64,000 bases of DNA from Orbicella franksi. Lineage: Eukaryota. Every line of letters begins with the position of its first letter. The stretch's first letter is position 1. Under the pieces are notes generated by a model. The model saw only the letters and a list, made by a program, of their open reading frames with translations. It was not told the origin of the DNA and did no database searches. The stretch is taken from assembly GCA_964199315.1 (NCBI GenBank), contig OZ116704.1, forward strand, positions 29,016,001-29,080,000, given 5' to 3'. A program made the position numbers and the translations under genes. Shown here piece after piece: positions 1 through 11,750 of the stretch.

Positions 1-3000
1 ATGTCACATACTGTAAACTTCAGAAAATAAACTTCGCTTAGTGTCAGATTTAAGTCAGAGGCCTTCTGCTAACTAATGAGTTCCACAGGGATAATTTTAC
101 TAGTAGATAGATACATGTATAGGCAAATCTTTGCTGACGTCATTGTTTACATTTAATTTCCTCATTAACATTTGACTTTGTGCATAAAAGGCATCATGCT
201 AGACACAATTTTACTAGAAAAACTTAAAGAGCTCGTGAAACTTAGTAAGTGGTAAAATTTTTGGCTCTCAGGTGTAACATTCCTTGGGACAGTTAATTCT
301 GCTGTGCCCTTTCAATATTCAGTATTAATCTATTTGTAGCTCGATCAGAAACTGTATCGCTTATGGTAATGAGGCAAATATTGTAAACAAAGATTCTCCT
401 ATAGCCTTTATTTTAAAACAATAAGAATTGAAGTTGAGAAGCTTGTGGGGTCATTTGCACAAAAACTATTAAACTATAACTAGAAAAATTTACAAATTGT
501 AAAAATCTAAAATCAAAATTAAACAAACTCTTTAAATCTAAAACTACACGTGGATGGATGTGGGGTGGGGTTGGGGGATTATATTGTGCTTCATCATCTG
601 CTGTGACTGAGAAGATCAAAAAACTCATGAGTTAAAAGAGTTGTTAAAAAATCAATAACTTAACTGCTTAGTCTCTGTAACAGTTCGAATGCAGGAGAGG
701 TCCCACTTGGGTGCATGGGTAGGGGTGCTGCTCTTTGTCATCCACTGTGATTGATTAGATAAGAAGCTTACTACCATAGTTTAAAGAGTTGTTAAAAGTC
801 AACTAACTGATAAATGTTTGTAACATTTTATACGCAGGAGAGGTCCCGCTTGGGAGCAGTATTTCTCAATGTGCCATCAAGGGGTTCGTCAGCTGTAAAC
901 TTGGTTGTTTCATCTCCTCGTAGTTCTTACAAAGCTTTCCACTCTGGTTCTGTTCACGTGCTACAGATACCCACACAACTGACATCTGCCTAATCTCGAA
1001 AGTTATAGAAACTTTTATTAAAAATAATAATAGTTTATTAATAACAATACAATCAAACCAGTCTCCTTACAGAGCCATAAATTTACAGTTACCTCTGTAT
1101 TACAGACAGTCAGCAAAAACAGAATTCATATTGTAATACTACCCTCCATAATATGTCTACCTCCATAATAAGGACACTCACATCTGCCCTTTGGTGTCTC
1201 TATTAAAGAGGTTTGACCGTAGCATTTTTTTATGGCACCAATTTACTAGTTACCCATAACATTTTTATTACAATATTCAAAGATAATAACAAGCAATAGA
1301 AAACAAACCATTATTGATTTATGGCTCCTCTGATAGCTAAATATATTTTTCTCCAGGTCAAAGAGAAAGGATACTGCTACTTAGAGAAACTGCATATTAA
1401 TATATTTGTTGTTTACTTACCAAGTATGCAGTATTTATTCATTATTATATGGCTTGTGTTAGGAACTGGTATAACACATGTTCCGATTGGCTAATTCTAG
1501 GGCATTATTCTCCTGCAATGCCAACAGGCTGATTAGGGGCCTGCAAAAACAAAGCAAAAAGCCAGATAATAAACAACTTATTAGTTACCTCGCACATTCA
1601 GTCTTTATGGGAAAATCTCAAACCTCTAGTTGCCATATCTATCTTGGTATCCCTCGGTCAATACCGCAAAGGCTCAGTTTGAGATTTTCCTGTAAAGACC
1701 TCACTCTTGGTAAATAAGTAGTTAATATTTAGCATACATGTACTGTAGTTAATCCTGAAAGTAAAGGGTGATGCAGCATAAATTTCTGAATATTAAATAT
1801 ATCTTGGTTTTAGATGTATTGTTTTCCCAAAACTTGTGATCTGAGAAGCTTGTTAAAGCAAAACCAATGACCCTTTGTACATTCAGGATTCCATGGTACA
1901 TGTAGTCCATTTAGCTGTCCAAAAATGCATCATTTGTATGAGTCAAGTACATGTACTGTAACATACCATAAGAAACTTCAAACCAAATTTTTTAAGCTGA
2001 CCCCATCCAATGCATTGTTGGCAAAACAATTTTTTAAATGTGCAAACTACACTGTCTTATTTTTTATAAAATTTTCTACAAAATATTATTATTAGAATTT
2101 GTATCATTACTTTTGTATTAATTACATTATAATTACATAATTATTAATGAGTGATTTCTTTGAAATCGATTTTGCAATAAAAACTAACAACAAAAAGTCA
2201 TGACGTTTTGACCTCTACGAGGTCATTTTCAAGTGCAAATAAAAATATATAAAATTAGTATAAATACGTTTCTTACAATAAAAATACTTAAAAATGTCAC
2301 GAACTGTAGAATTATGCAATAAAATAATTATGTAAGATAAGTGATAAGAGTATTTGCAAAGTTAAAAAGGGAACCTAAAACAATGAGACAATAAAGCAAT
2401 ACTTCTAAGCTCAAAGAACTGATCTAAACATTCAAATAATTTAGCATGAATTGAATTGCATTGTTTGTTCAGTGTTGGTTTTAGTTAAATAGATAATATT
2501 TTATCATTAAAATTGAAAAAATGTATATTTTCAAGTTGTTCTTCAAATGAGGCAACAAATCAGCAAATTATACAACTGTTTTCTTCTTGGTGAAATAAAC
2601 ATGTGTTGCTTCCTTACTGCACCAATAACATAATTTTATGCATCACCTACATTATTTTTTGCAAGGTGCTGATGTATCACTTCTAGTTTCCCAGCAAAAT
2701 ATCTAGTGTCCTAATGCCTGCAAGATAGCCAAAACAGCATTTAAATTATTTACAATATTATTAGTACCCATTCCAGTTCCCCTCCTAATTTTAACCCCTG
2801 TCGCATCAACTTACAAATGCATGAAGAGGACAATACCTCATTGTGGATAAAAGCATAACTCTCATGCCATATTTGTGTGCCTGTAGTGTTGGCTTGGATC
2901 AAGGTCTTTGTTCTTGTACCCAGATTTCCCAGTGTTGACAAGAGTGGAATCTGGGTAAAACATTGTTTATGTTAATGCAAGTGGTTTAACTATACCAAAA

Positions 3001-3879
3001 CTATGCTCTACCAAAGCATCTCAGATCTGATATCAGCCATCTCCTGGACTCGCCCAGCCCTGAAGACATGTAGGGTTCAGTAGCAGTCATCCCTATCTAT
3101 TTGCAAGACAAACCAGTGTTGTAAGCAAAAGAAGCATTAATCACCATCCCTGCTGGATACATGGGTGTTGGTGAATCAGGGTGAGATCACTTGTAACTGC
3201 CTAACACAGAGGAAAAGAGATATCAGATAATCAACAACAAACCATTTTCTTTCGAAGAAATTTGCCAAAACTAATTTGTGAGCTAAGTAAAGTATCTACT
3301 AAGTTACCGGTTTGCTGTGCTTTTGAACTGTTCAAGCTCTGTGCAAACTTATCATTTTTACAGACCCTAACCAAAAAAGAACACCTGAAAAAACTATTGG
3401 TGACCTCTCATGTCTGGTTGATTACTGGTCACGGATGGCTTCTTTGAAATGAGGTAAAGGTTGACAATGCTTACCTCCACCCACCATTTGGTCAGCCTAC
3501 CCTCCACAGTTTGCCGATACCTTAGGCTCAATTTCTGCCGCTCACTCGAGTCCGGTCTGTGTTCTTCCTTGAGATCGCGGCAGAGTTTGGGGGTGGGGGA
3601 GAATGCAGGTTCCTTTCCCAAACAGCGGCTGGTGATTCAGCCAACTGATACCTTTTTGATTAATATGCTTGTGGGTGGAGAGGGGCATTGTGAGATTTAA
3701 GTGTTTGGCCCAACAACACATCACAATCTGGGGTGGATCTAGGGGGGTTTGGGTCAAACCCCCTAAATTAAAAAAAAGTACGAGACATTATAACACGCTA
3801 ACATAGGTATCAGAATGCCAGAAATCCCATTTCTGAGGACCCCCATAGGGGACTGCCTATCCTAAACCCCCCTCTCTAC

Positions 3880-4058
3880 AGGGACAGGTCCAGGATTTTT
3901 CTTAGGAGGGGTGCACTACTAAGGAATGGCATACCTGAATTTGTTTTTTTTTTTTGGGGGGGGGGGGCAGAATACCAGTTGTATATTAAAAAGCCGCATG
4001 TCATCTCAGGGGGGACAGGGTGCACACCCCCTGCACCCTCCCCCTAGATCTGCCCCTT
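3880..4058. mobile_element. Degenerate GC-rich MITE (CAGGG..GATCCAGGATTTT / CCCCTAGATC.GCCCCT type)
   Basis: cagggacaggtccaggatttttcttaggagggg ... ccctccccctagatctgcccct. Confidence 0.45.
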
Positions 4059-5556
4059 CTCTAAAATCGTGTATCCGCCCCAGACAATGGCCAGTACTCA
4101 AAAGCCCAGCTGCTCAATCCACAGTCCAATGTACTATCACTGGAGTCACCATGCTTTTCACACACTTCAGCCATGTCAAAGCCTTGTTTTAATCACACAA
4201 TCTGTACTACTTTAATCAATATTCAGTGTTGTCTTATGTTCGGTTCCACTTTTACTTCAATCTAAGTTGAATTTTCACTCAACTAAAAATATACACGAAT
4301 GCTCAAAGAATATCTGACAAACAAGCCTTAAAATATTCACTTGTTAATAATTTAACTGCAATATACAGCTCACTCCTTAAAATAATGTACAATATAAAAT
4401 TATACTTGTTTAAGCTATTTTTTTTTATAAAAACTCTTATTTTTCACTTTATTATACAGTTAACAATCATGAATCGCTGAACACATAATTCTACCAAAAA
4501 TACCCCACAGCTACAGGACTTTGTTTAGAAGCCAGCACCTTCTTAAGGGTTGAAAACCACAAAAAGAATTTTAGTTGTACAATGAAATGGCTAGCTTCCT
4601 TGTACTTATCTTTCACAAGGAAACAACACAACCACTATTGAACTGTAACACGTCAAAAACACACCATATGGGCAAGAAAAGACATCACCTCAAGACCTTT
4701 TACCAAACAAACTGTATTAGAGACTTGCATGTTTAGATCCTTTTCTTTACTACACTTAATTTTCACTTTGATGCATGTATTGTACCTTAAGTTAATTCAG
4801 AATAGAAAAATAAAATAGTATTCCAATTTCAATATGTTCAAATTAACACGATGCAGTCAGGCTTAGGGGACTTAAAGTGAACAAAACAGTGACGTTGAGA
4901 AATGAATATATAATTTCTTTTGTTTTAGCCTTCTAAACCTCACTGCACAATGTTAGAATTAAAACATATTGAAATTAGCCCATCAGGAAGAACTTGAAGC
5001 AAATCGGGATAATGCTGAAGTTCGACTGGCACACTGTATCTTACAGGATACAAGAACTAAGAAAGCTCTGAATTTGCCTTGAAGAAACTCGTTAATCAAG
5101 ACTAGGGCATGTTGTAAGTTTAACTTATGGTTGTTGGCAATTTCGTTAACACTCCTTAAAAGTTAATAAAGGAAACTGAGTTTGAAAAGTTTGCACCTCA
5201 AATGAGTAACTGGTAAGTCAAATTTCCTATTTTCTGGAAAAGCAAGATAAATATTACACGTACACCAGTCAAGCCTGAGAAGACAGATGTACAATTTTCA
5301 TAAGAGAGCCATCTGAGATTCAACTGAAAATCCATGCATTGGCAGTGGTTGTTCATAAACTGGAAAAACTATTAAATCAAAGCCAGAAGAGAGAACTGAA
5401 ATACTGGGAATGTTTCAGTTTGAATCTCTGTCTCTCTCTATGAAATGACCAGAGGCATACTTCTCTAGCTAGTTACAGTAACAAGAACTTGAGAGTAGAA
5501 GGTACAAGATTTGATTTAAAAAACCACAAAGATGCGAAGACAACATATTCTGGAGG

Positions 5557-8500
5557 TCAGTTCACTAAACCTCTGGAAACTGCTGTTGACTCTAATGGTA
5601 TTGTGTTTACTCCCACCAGACTGTCTTGAACACCAGCAATACTAACACTTGAGGGCGGCAAGTGATGCGGAGAACTTACAAGGGTACTCTCTCCACTCCC
5701 CATAGAACCATTTTGAACCATGGTTGGTAACGGCGAATTCTGCATTGATGGGCTTCCCTGCTGAATGTTACTGTACATGGGAGATAAATTGCTGACGGAA
5801 ACAGTTTCAACTTGCGACGAAACACTTGATGCAATCATTGAGGGATGTGTTGTTACAGCTGACGAACTCTCTGATGCTGACACGGTACTGATATGGCTTG
5901 CTGATGGAGGTAATGTTACAACCACCATTGTGGTTGGTGTGCCTGGTTGTTGTTGCAAAGTGACAGTTCCCGGGATAACTGTGGTCCCTTGCACATTAGG
6001 TATTGTTATAGTAGTTGGTAATGCCACTCCTGGCGGCACAGTGACTGTCGCACCATGAGGTACTGCCTGCATTTGGACGGCTCCCTGCATCATGGCCGCC
6101 TGGACAGTCACTGGTGCTGGTGCTATTGGAATGGTGTTGAACTGACTGGGAACAAGATTGTCAGGCCAAAATCTCTGCGCTGGTCTACTTTGGATTTTTG
6201 ACTTTTTAGCTTTCGGTCCTTCAGGATTGCTGGCATCCAACATGGGTTGTAAAATACGACGTCTTGCATTGATAAACCTAGACACATATCACCACAAGTC
6301 AGTCACACTGAGATAACATATCTTTAAACTAAATTAACTTTTGATTCATGCCTTAGCAAGTATCTTCAACTTACAATATACATGGGAAGTTTGGAGAGCA
6401 GAGAAGAAGCATAAGGTTTTTCTCATAACATGAACATGCATATGCATCATTCAATTATGAAGCATGCTTATGTATTTATACTGACTCTGATAGTGCCGCT
6501 TTGCCAGATGTTATAAAATGACCTTTCATATGCACAAAATAAAAAAGTGTAGATGAATAGATGAACTGATGAATTGAGAATAGGCAACAGAAACAACAGA
6601 AATTCTTGAGAAATTGACAAAAATCAAACTTGCTGTAGCAGTGACATGCTTACCAAAATATTTGGATTTAAAAAGTAGCTGAAATAAACATGCACAGGCA
6701 TTAGTTTTGTAAGGAAACTGACGTTTATTGAACATTCATTTATCTCTTGCCAGTGCTACACAGTATACTTTGACCCCTTTCAACATTTAAAAGGATTATA
6801 ATACACAGCTTACCAATTGTTGACTTGGAGTATCGTCAAGTTTGTCTGTGCAGCGATGGTTCTCTTCTCATCCTCGGTCGGGTAAGGGTGCTAGTTAAGA
6901 ACAGAACAAAATAAATCCGTTTTCTTAAGTGAATAAGACAATAGATCACAGTCAAGGAGTACATGGTTTTCAAGTCACAAAATTTCAACATGAGAATTGT
7001 TACTAATAATTAGTAAAAATTCATGCCACATGTGTTGTGAGGTTCCATCTAGAGATGTCTAAATCATGGAGTGTCCATATCACTGTGTCCACAACAAGAG
7101 GTTAATTAACTATTCTAGAGGTGTCCATAAGGAGAGATTAGACTGTCGTGAGGTTCAGAAAGACAACATTATTGCAACAACTCACCACAAGATGCTGAAA
7201 AAGCCATGTCTTCATGATATTTGTTGCCTGCTTTGGTAAAACCCCTCTTCTTGTTCGCTTCTTGTCAGTTACTTCTGTTGGAGAATCCAATGCAGGGAGC
7301 GGAACACTAGACGGAACAGTGATTTCAGTTGGAGATTCATCTCCCGAGGAGTGTGTCTGTGGTCTGGGTGGTGTCACAGTCTCGATCGCTGGTGTACTCA
7401 CATATGTCACACTTGCCGGCACTGTAGAGTATGTCATGGTTGCCGGTACTGTGCTGCTGGTATAAGTCACACTAGTTGCCACAGCTGGTTGTTGGGGTAC
7501 CTGTGCTATGACAATCTGCTGCCCAGGTGCTACTCCCTGGGGAACGTATGTCACTGTTGCAACCTGCTGTTGTATTGGAGAGGCAATGACACTCGCACTT
7601 GGAGTTGCATTTGCCACAGTACATGGTGTCACAGCTGGTGCAGCATAGTAAGTAATTTGTTGCTGTGGAATGAAAGTCGGCTGTTGTGCCTGGATTGGTG
7701 TTGTTGGTTGCTGTTGTTGTACATTTGAGTTTATTACATTTACTGCAGGAGAGTAAGCTGTCTGAAGAGGGCTACGTAGTAAGTTTTCACTCTGCATTTT
7801 CCCTTTGAGACAAGCTATGTACCGCTGGCAAAAATCTTTGCATAGTTCATTGACTTTTTCAAGTTCAAGGAGGTGAATTCTGAGGACTTGAATAGCTTTC
7901 ACCATCTGTTGATAAAAAGATAATGGTAAAAAATGAATTCTGCTGAAAACACTCAATAAAATTGTTTGTCTCTATAGAAAAAAATAATAAAAATTTCATT
8001 GCCAATCACTCTCCCTTTCAAATGGTAATTTAAATTTTAACAAAATAAAGTCAATGGGTCTTTGAAAGCCATGAATTATACACAAATATATCAACCTTAC
8101 AGTAATGTACGTCAAAGAGCAGGTGCTAGACAATAATATTGACAAGTTTGCTGCAATATTATAACAGCAAATTCACATTAACGAAAGTAACTTAGACCTC
8201 GTTCAATATATACATTTGCATATGCAAATCACATTTTTATTGAATTTGCTACTCTTTGTGAAATAAATGTTAGACCAGAATTTCACTATATAAACTTAAT
8301 ACAGTTTGCTTTTTGGGATAGAGATAATACATTTTAAAAAAATCTACCAGCGGTTAAGGAACCACAAAAATCAATTTCGCCACAAGTGAATTTTTACCAA
8401 GTGAAAATCACAAAAATACTCAGCTACAGAAAGCATTTTCATCCAAATAAAATCGTAAAAAAATGGCTCAAACCTACACTTACAAAGGAGGCCTCTAACA

Positions 8501-9457
8501 TCCATAATTAGACTAAAGTTAGCCATTATAAGGAAGATAACCTAATATTTAAGGTGGTGTGCGAAAAACTACATTTCCAAAATAAGATCAAATTCATCAA
8601 TTTGGCGACGAGAATTCGACTTCAGGCGCCATTTTAAGCTCAACTTAAGCTGGATTAAAACTTATCCCAGCCATCGCCAAAGCAGAAAACATTATCCGTG
8701 GTACCTGCACAAGAACACAGGAGAAGTGCGTGTTTTCAATAAAATAAGTATTCCACCCGCGGTTCTCTAGACATAAAAACATGGCGGGCAGTGAAAACAA
8801 TCGAGAAAAAGATCGGCTTGGAGCTCAGAGACAACACCAAGCTTTGACCAGCAAAGCAAAAACAACGAATTCGTTGATTACAAAATTTGTATCGATTTAC
8901 GACTGAACGTTTTAATCCGTCAAAATATCTCTTTCTACTTTTGATAGTGTTTGTCACGAGTGACCTAAAAGTTTTAGGGGGTTTAGCATGTTTTGAATTT
9001 GTCCACCCACGTCAAGGAATAACTCATGATTCTAAAGACTCGAACAAGACGAACTAAAAAATATTCTTCTCACCAAGTTGTCAAGGTCTCGATCGTCGGT
9101 GTAAAAGGGTTTTCCTTCCCTGTTCATCTGTAAAATACCATTCTTGATCTCGTTGTCAAAAGCGTTAGCGGGAGAGCAATCGCATGTCTGTGTAGATTGC
9201 TCGCACTTTTCGAACAGCTTAGCAAGAAGAGGCAACAAGGGATGTCGATAAATGGCTTGCTTTTCTGCCTCCATGTTTGTGATCTGTTGCATATCGACCG
9301 CTTGTACGGCTAACTGGGATTCTTCATAAGATGGAGGTGGCATCTTTTCAGGTTGTGTCTGTTGTAAAGATATGGTTCCGTAATGAGTTGAACCAGCAAT
9401 GTTTTGTTGGGCTTGAAGCATGTGACTTGGAGCCACTCGATTCGCAAGCCCTTCCAT
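5557..9457 (-). CDS. PKNOX: TALE homeobox protein PKNOX/PREP, ~633 aa, 4 coding exons: 9457-9074, 7905-7186, 6890-6814, 6277-5557
   Basis: Spliced translation gives MEINOX motifs ([18 protein letters not shown]; DLDNL|[26 protein letters not shown]) and a TALE homeodomain ([22 protein letters not shown]|[26 protein letters not shown]|[13 protein letters not shown]). All introns are GT-AG with phases 0,0,2; TGA stop at 5559-5557. Confidence 0.95.
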
Positions 9458-9599
9458 TCGATGGCTGCCTCTACGAAAAGAGAAAACACAAAGTTATATG
9501 CGGAAGGCATGTTGAGCGTTCGTTCCCGGCAGGAAGACCAAATGAAATGATAATCGTTCCAGTGTTAATGTGTTTGTATGGGAGGTTGAAAGGACTTAC

Positions 9600-9680
9600 A
9601 ATTGGTCACTATTAAAAAGAAATGCACGAGGCGATGGAACAGCGACGGTGTCACTCACTCATCAACGTCAAAAACTCTTT
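9600..9680 (-). other. Probable non-coding 5' UTR exon of PKNOX (intron 9471-9599); upstream end approximate
   Basis: GTAAG donor at 9599-9595; pyrimidine-rich acceptor TTTTCGTAG ending at 9471, 13 nt before the ATG. Confidence 0.55.
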
Positions 9681-9701
9681 TTGGCGCGGCCTTGCCTTGC
9701 C

Positions 9702-9711
9702 TGATTGACAG
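9702..9711 (+). promoter_or_regulatory. PBX-PREP/MEIS decamer TGATTGACAG in the PKNOX proximal promoter
   Basis: Exact match to TGANTGACAG just upstream of the putative first exon; near-match TGAGTGACAC on the minus strand at 9657-9648. Confidence 0.5.
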
Positions 9712-11459
9712 CGCCAACCGACAAATTTTTACATAATTAGTATTGTCTTCATGCTAATATATACCCGTCGCTCACGGGGGAATAATTCTGAGTGAATAAT
9801 TAATGATTCTTTTCATGCTCCGATCAGTTTTCGTGTCTTTGAGGCTAATCAGCTGCAAAAACAACATCGTTGTTTATCGTCAAATTTATTGCCGCAGGCG
9901 CGCTTCGCAGCAAAACTTAAGCAGACAGTAAATTTTTATTTCCTCTCTTGTTTTGTTTCTTTTCACTCTCACACTCAAGTCAAAAATCATGTTTCTTTTG
10001 AAACCCTGCGAGCGGTTTTGCTAATTGTGGGAGGTTCTTGCCAAGTGTTTTGACAACAAAAGGTCCGAGAACGGGTGGCTTCACAGATATGCGGCCAGTA
10101 TATTGTGGGCGTGATGTATCGGCATTCAAAAACATTTCTACAGGTCAGTATGTCTATCACCACCCCTCACCAAACTACGTACCTACCCCTCCCCTACTAG
10201 TCCTGTTCTGACACCTGCTCCTCCTGGCTCAAAACTGAGAGATGAAAAAATCAAGTGAAATAAATACTATTGATTTCCTATTTCTTTCTGGCGAGAAACA
10301 AAAATTTCAGAGAGGCACCAGAACCCCGAAAAGAAAAAAGAAAAGAAAAAACAGCTAACTTGTTTTCATACTTCACTACTAAACTTCGAGTTTAAATAAT
10401 TGAACAAAATCACCTAGTTATATGCCTGCCCACAACATTGACATGACCATTGTATTAGACCTTGATAATTTCGTAATTTGCAGCCATCAATAATAAGGTG
10501 CAAGTATGTCCTAGCACATGATTTACGCCTTATGTTTCATGAATAACTATTTTCGTCCCGGATTTTCATCCTTCTGCGAAACGTTTTACAAGATGAAAGG
10601 GAATCCTGTGACTGCCAGCGAAACTGCCATACTCCACCCTGGAGAGTTTGACAACCAGTCAATTCCATCTCTTCGGGACGTGCGTGTTTCGCCATGGACA
10701 ATAACATTGACGCCATTTTCGCCACGGATAATAAACATGACACAAATTGTCAGTTTTGGAAAAGCTATGATTGACATGCTCTCTCGAAAATTGTTTGGAA
10801 TGAAATCATTTGTCAAAGTTTTTTAGATAATGAAAGAGTGACAGCCGACTGATATACTCAATACAAAGTATGTCTGGAGTAAACAATTAATCACTCTTTG
10901 GAGTTTGGTGAAAACCAGTGGAGCGAGACTGGGCAGAGACGCGAAAAATAACGAAAAGCGTAACGGGCTTTGCCGAGACCTAACCAATACCGCTACTTCA
11001 GTGGGCTATACCATACCCGTAAGACTGAAATGGAGTGGAATTGAGAAATTATTCAGTTCTTTTCAAGCTTACGAGAATAACAACGGTATTACTATCCTTG
11101 TTTTATTGCTCCCTATGTACATTAAAATACGTCTTTAAAAAAATAATATAATAACATACATCGGTTGCATCGCGAAGAAAGGATAAAAATAATTTAATTA
11201 CAACCTTCTAAACGTATATATTTACAACCCTATTTTGATAGACATGTTTCCGCGGGAAACTCTCAGAGAGATCATGCAGTGACTTTCAAAACAAAGACAC
11301 TTCATTTGTCTGCACTCAGATACCAGCATGGAATTCATAGGATTCCATTGTCAGTTCTGTTTGGAACTTTGTTTGCGCAGTGGATGAAACTTTAACAGCT
11401 ATTTGTTTCTTTTTCATTTTTCGAAGAAACTTTGTGAAGTAAATAACAGACTGACACGT

Positions 11460-11700
11460 CTTCAGCTGACCGACAGACTAACATAGACAGACAGATTTTT
11501 AGGCTAACGGACTGACTGACTGACACAGACCTTAAGACTGACTGTCTGACTGACTGACGGACGGATGGACAAACGAATGGACGGATGTACGGACAAACGG
11601 GCGGGTGGACGGACGGACAGATTGATGACTGATTGCCTGGCTGACTGACTGACTCACGGACGGATGGAAAGACCCCGGGGAAAGACGGAATGACTGACTA
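11460..11700. repeat. Degenerate compound tetranucleotide array (GACT/GACG/GGAC/GGAT)
   Basis: Visible runs such as ctgactgactgac and ggacggacggac. Confidence 0.85.
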
Positions 11701-11750
11701 AAATGACTCCGCTTACAAACAAATGAGCTACACTTGAAGGTCCAAGAATA

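Noticed and set aside
2750-3760. Cluster of short ORFs downstream of PKNOX
   Set aside because: No recognisable domains or splice chain; probably decayed repeats or UTR.
5765-7728. Plus-strand ORFs 5765-6058, 7214-7465 and 7351-7728
   Set aside because: Antisense shadows of the low-complexity PKNOX exons.
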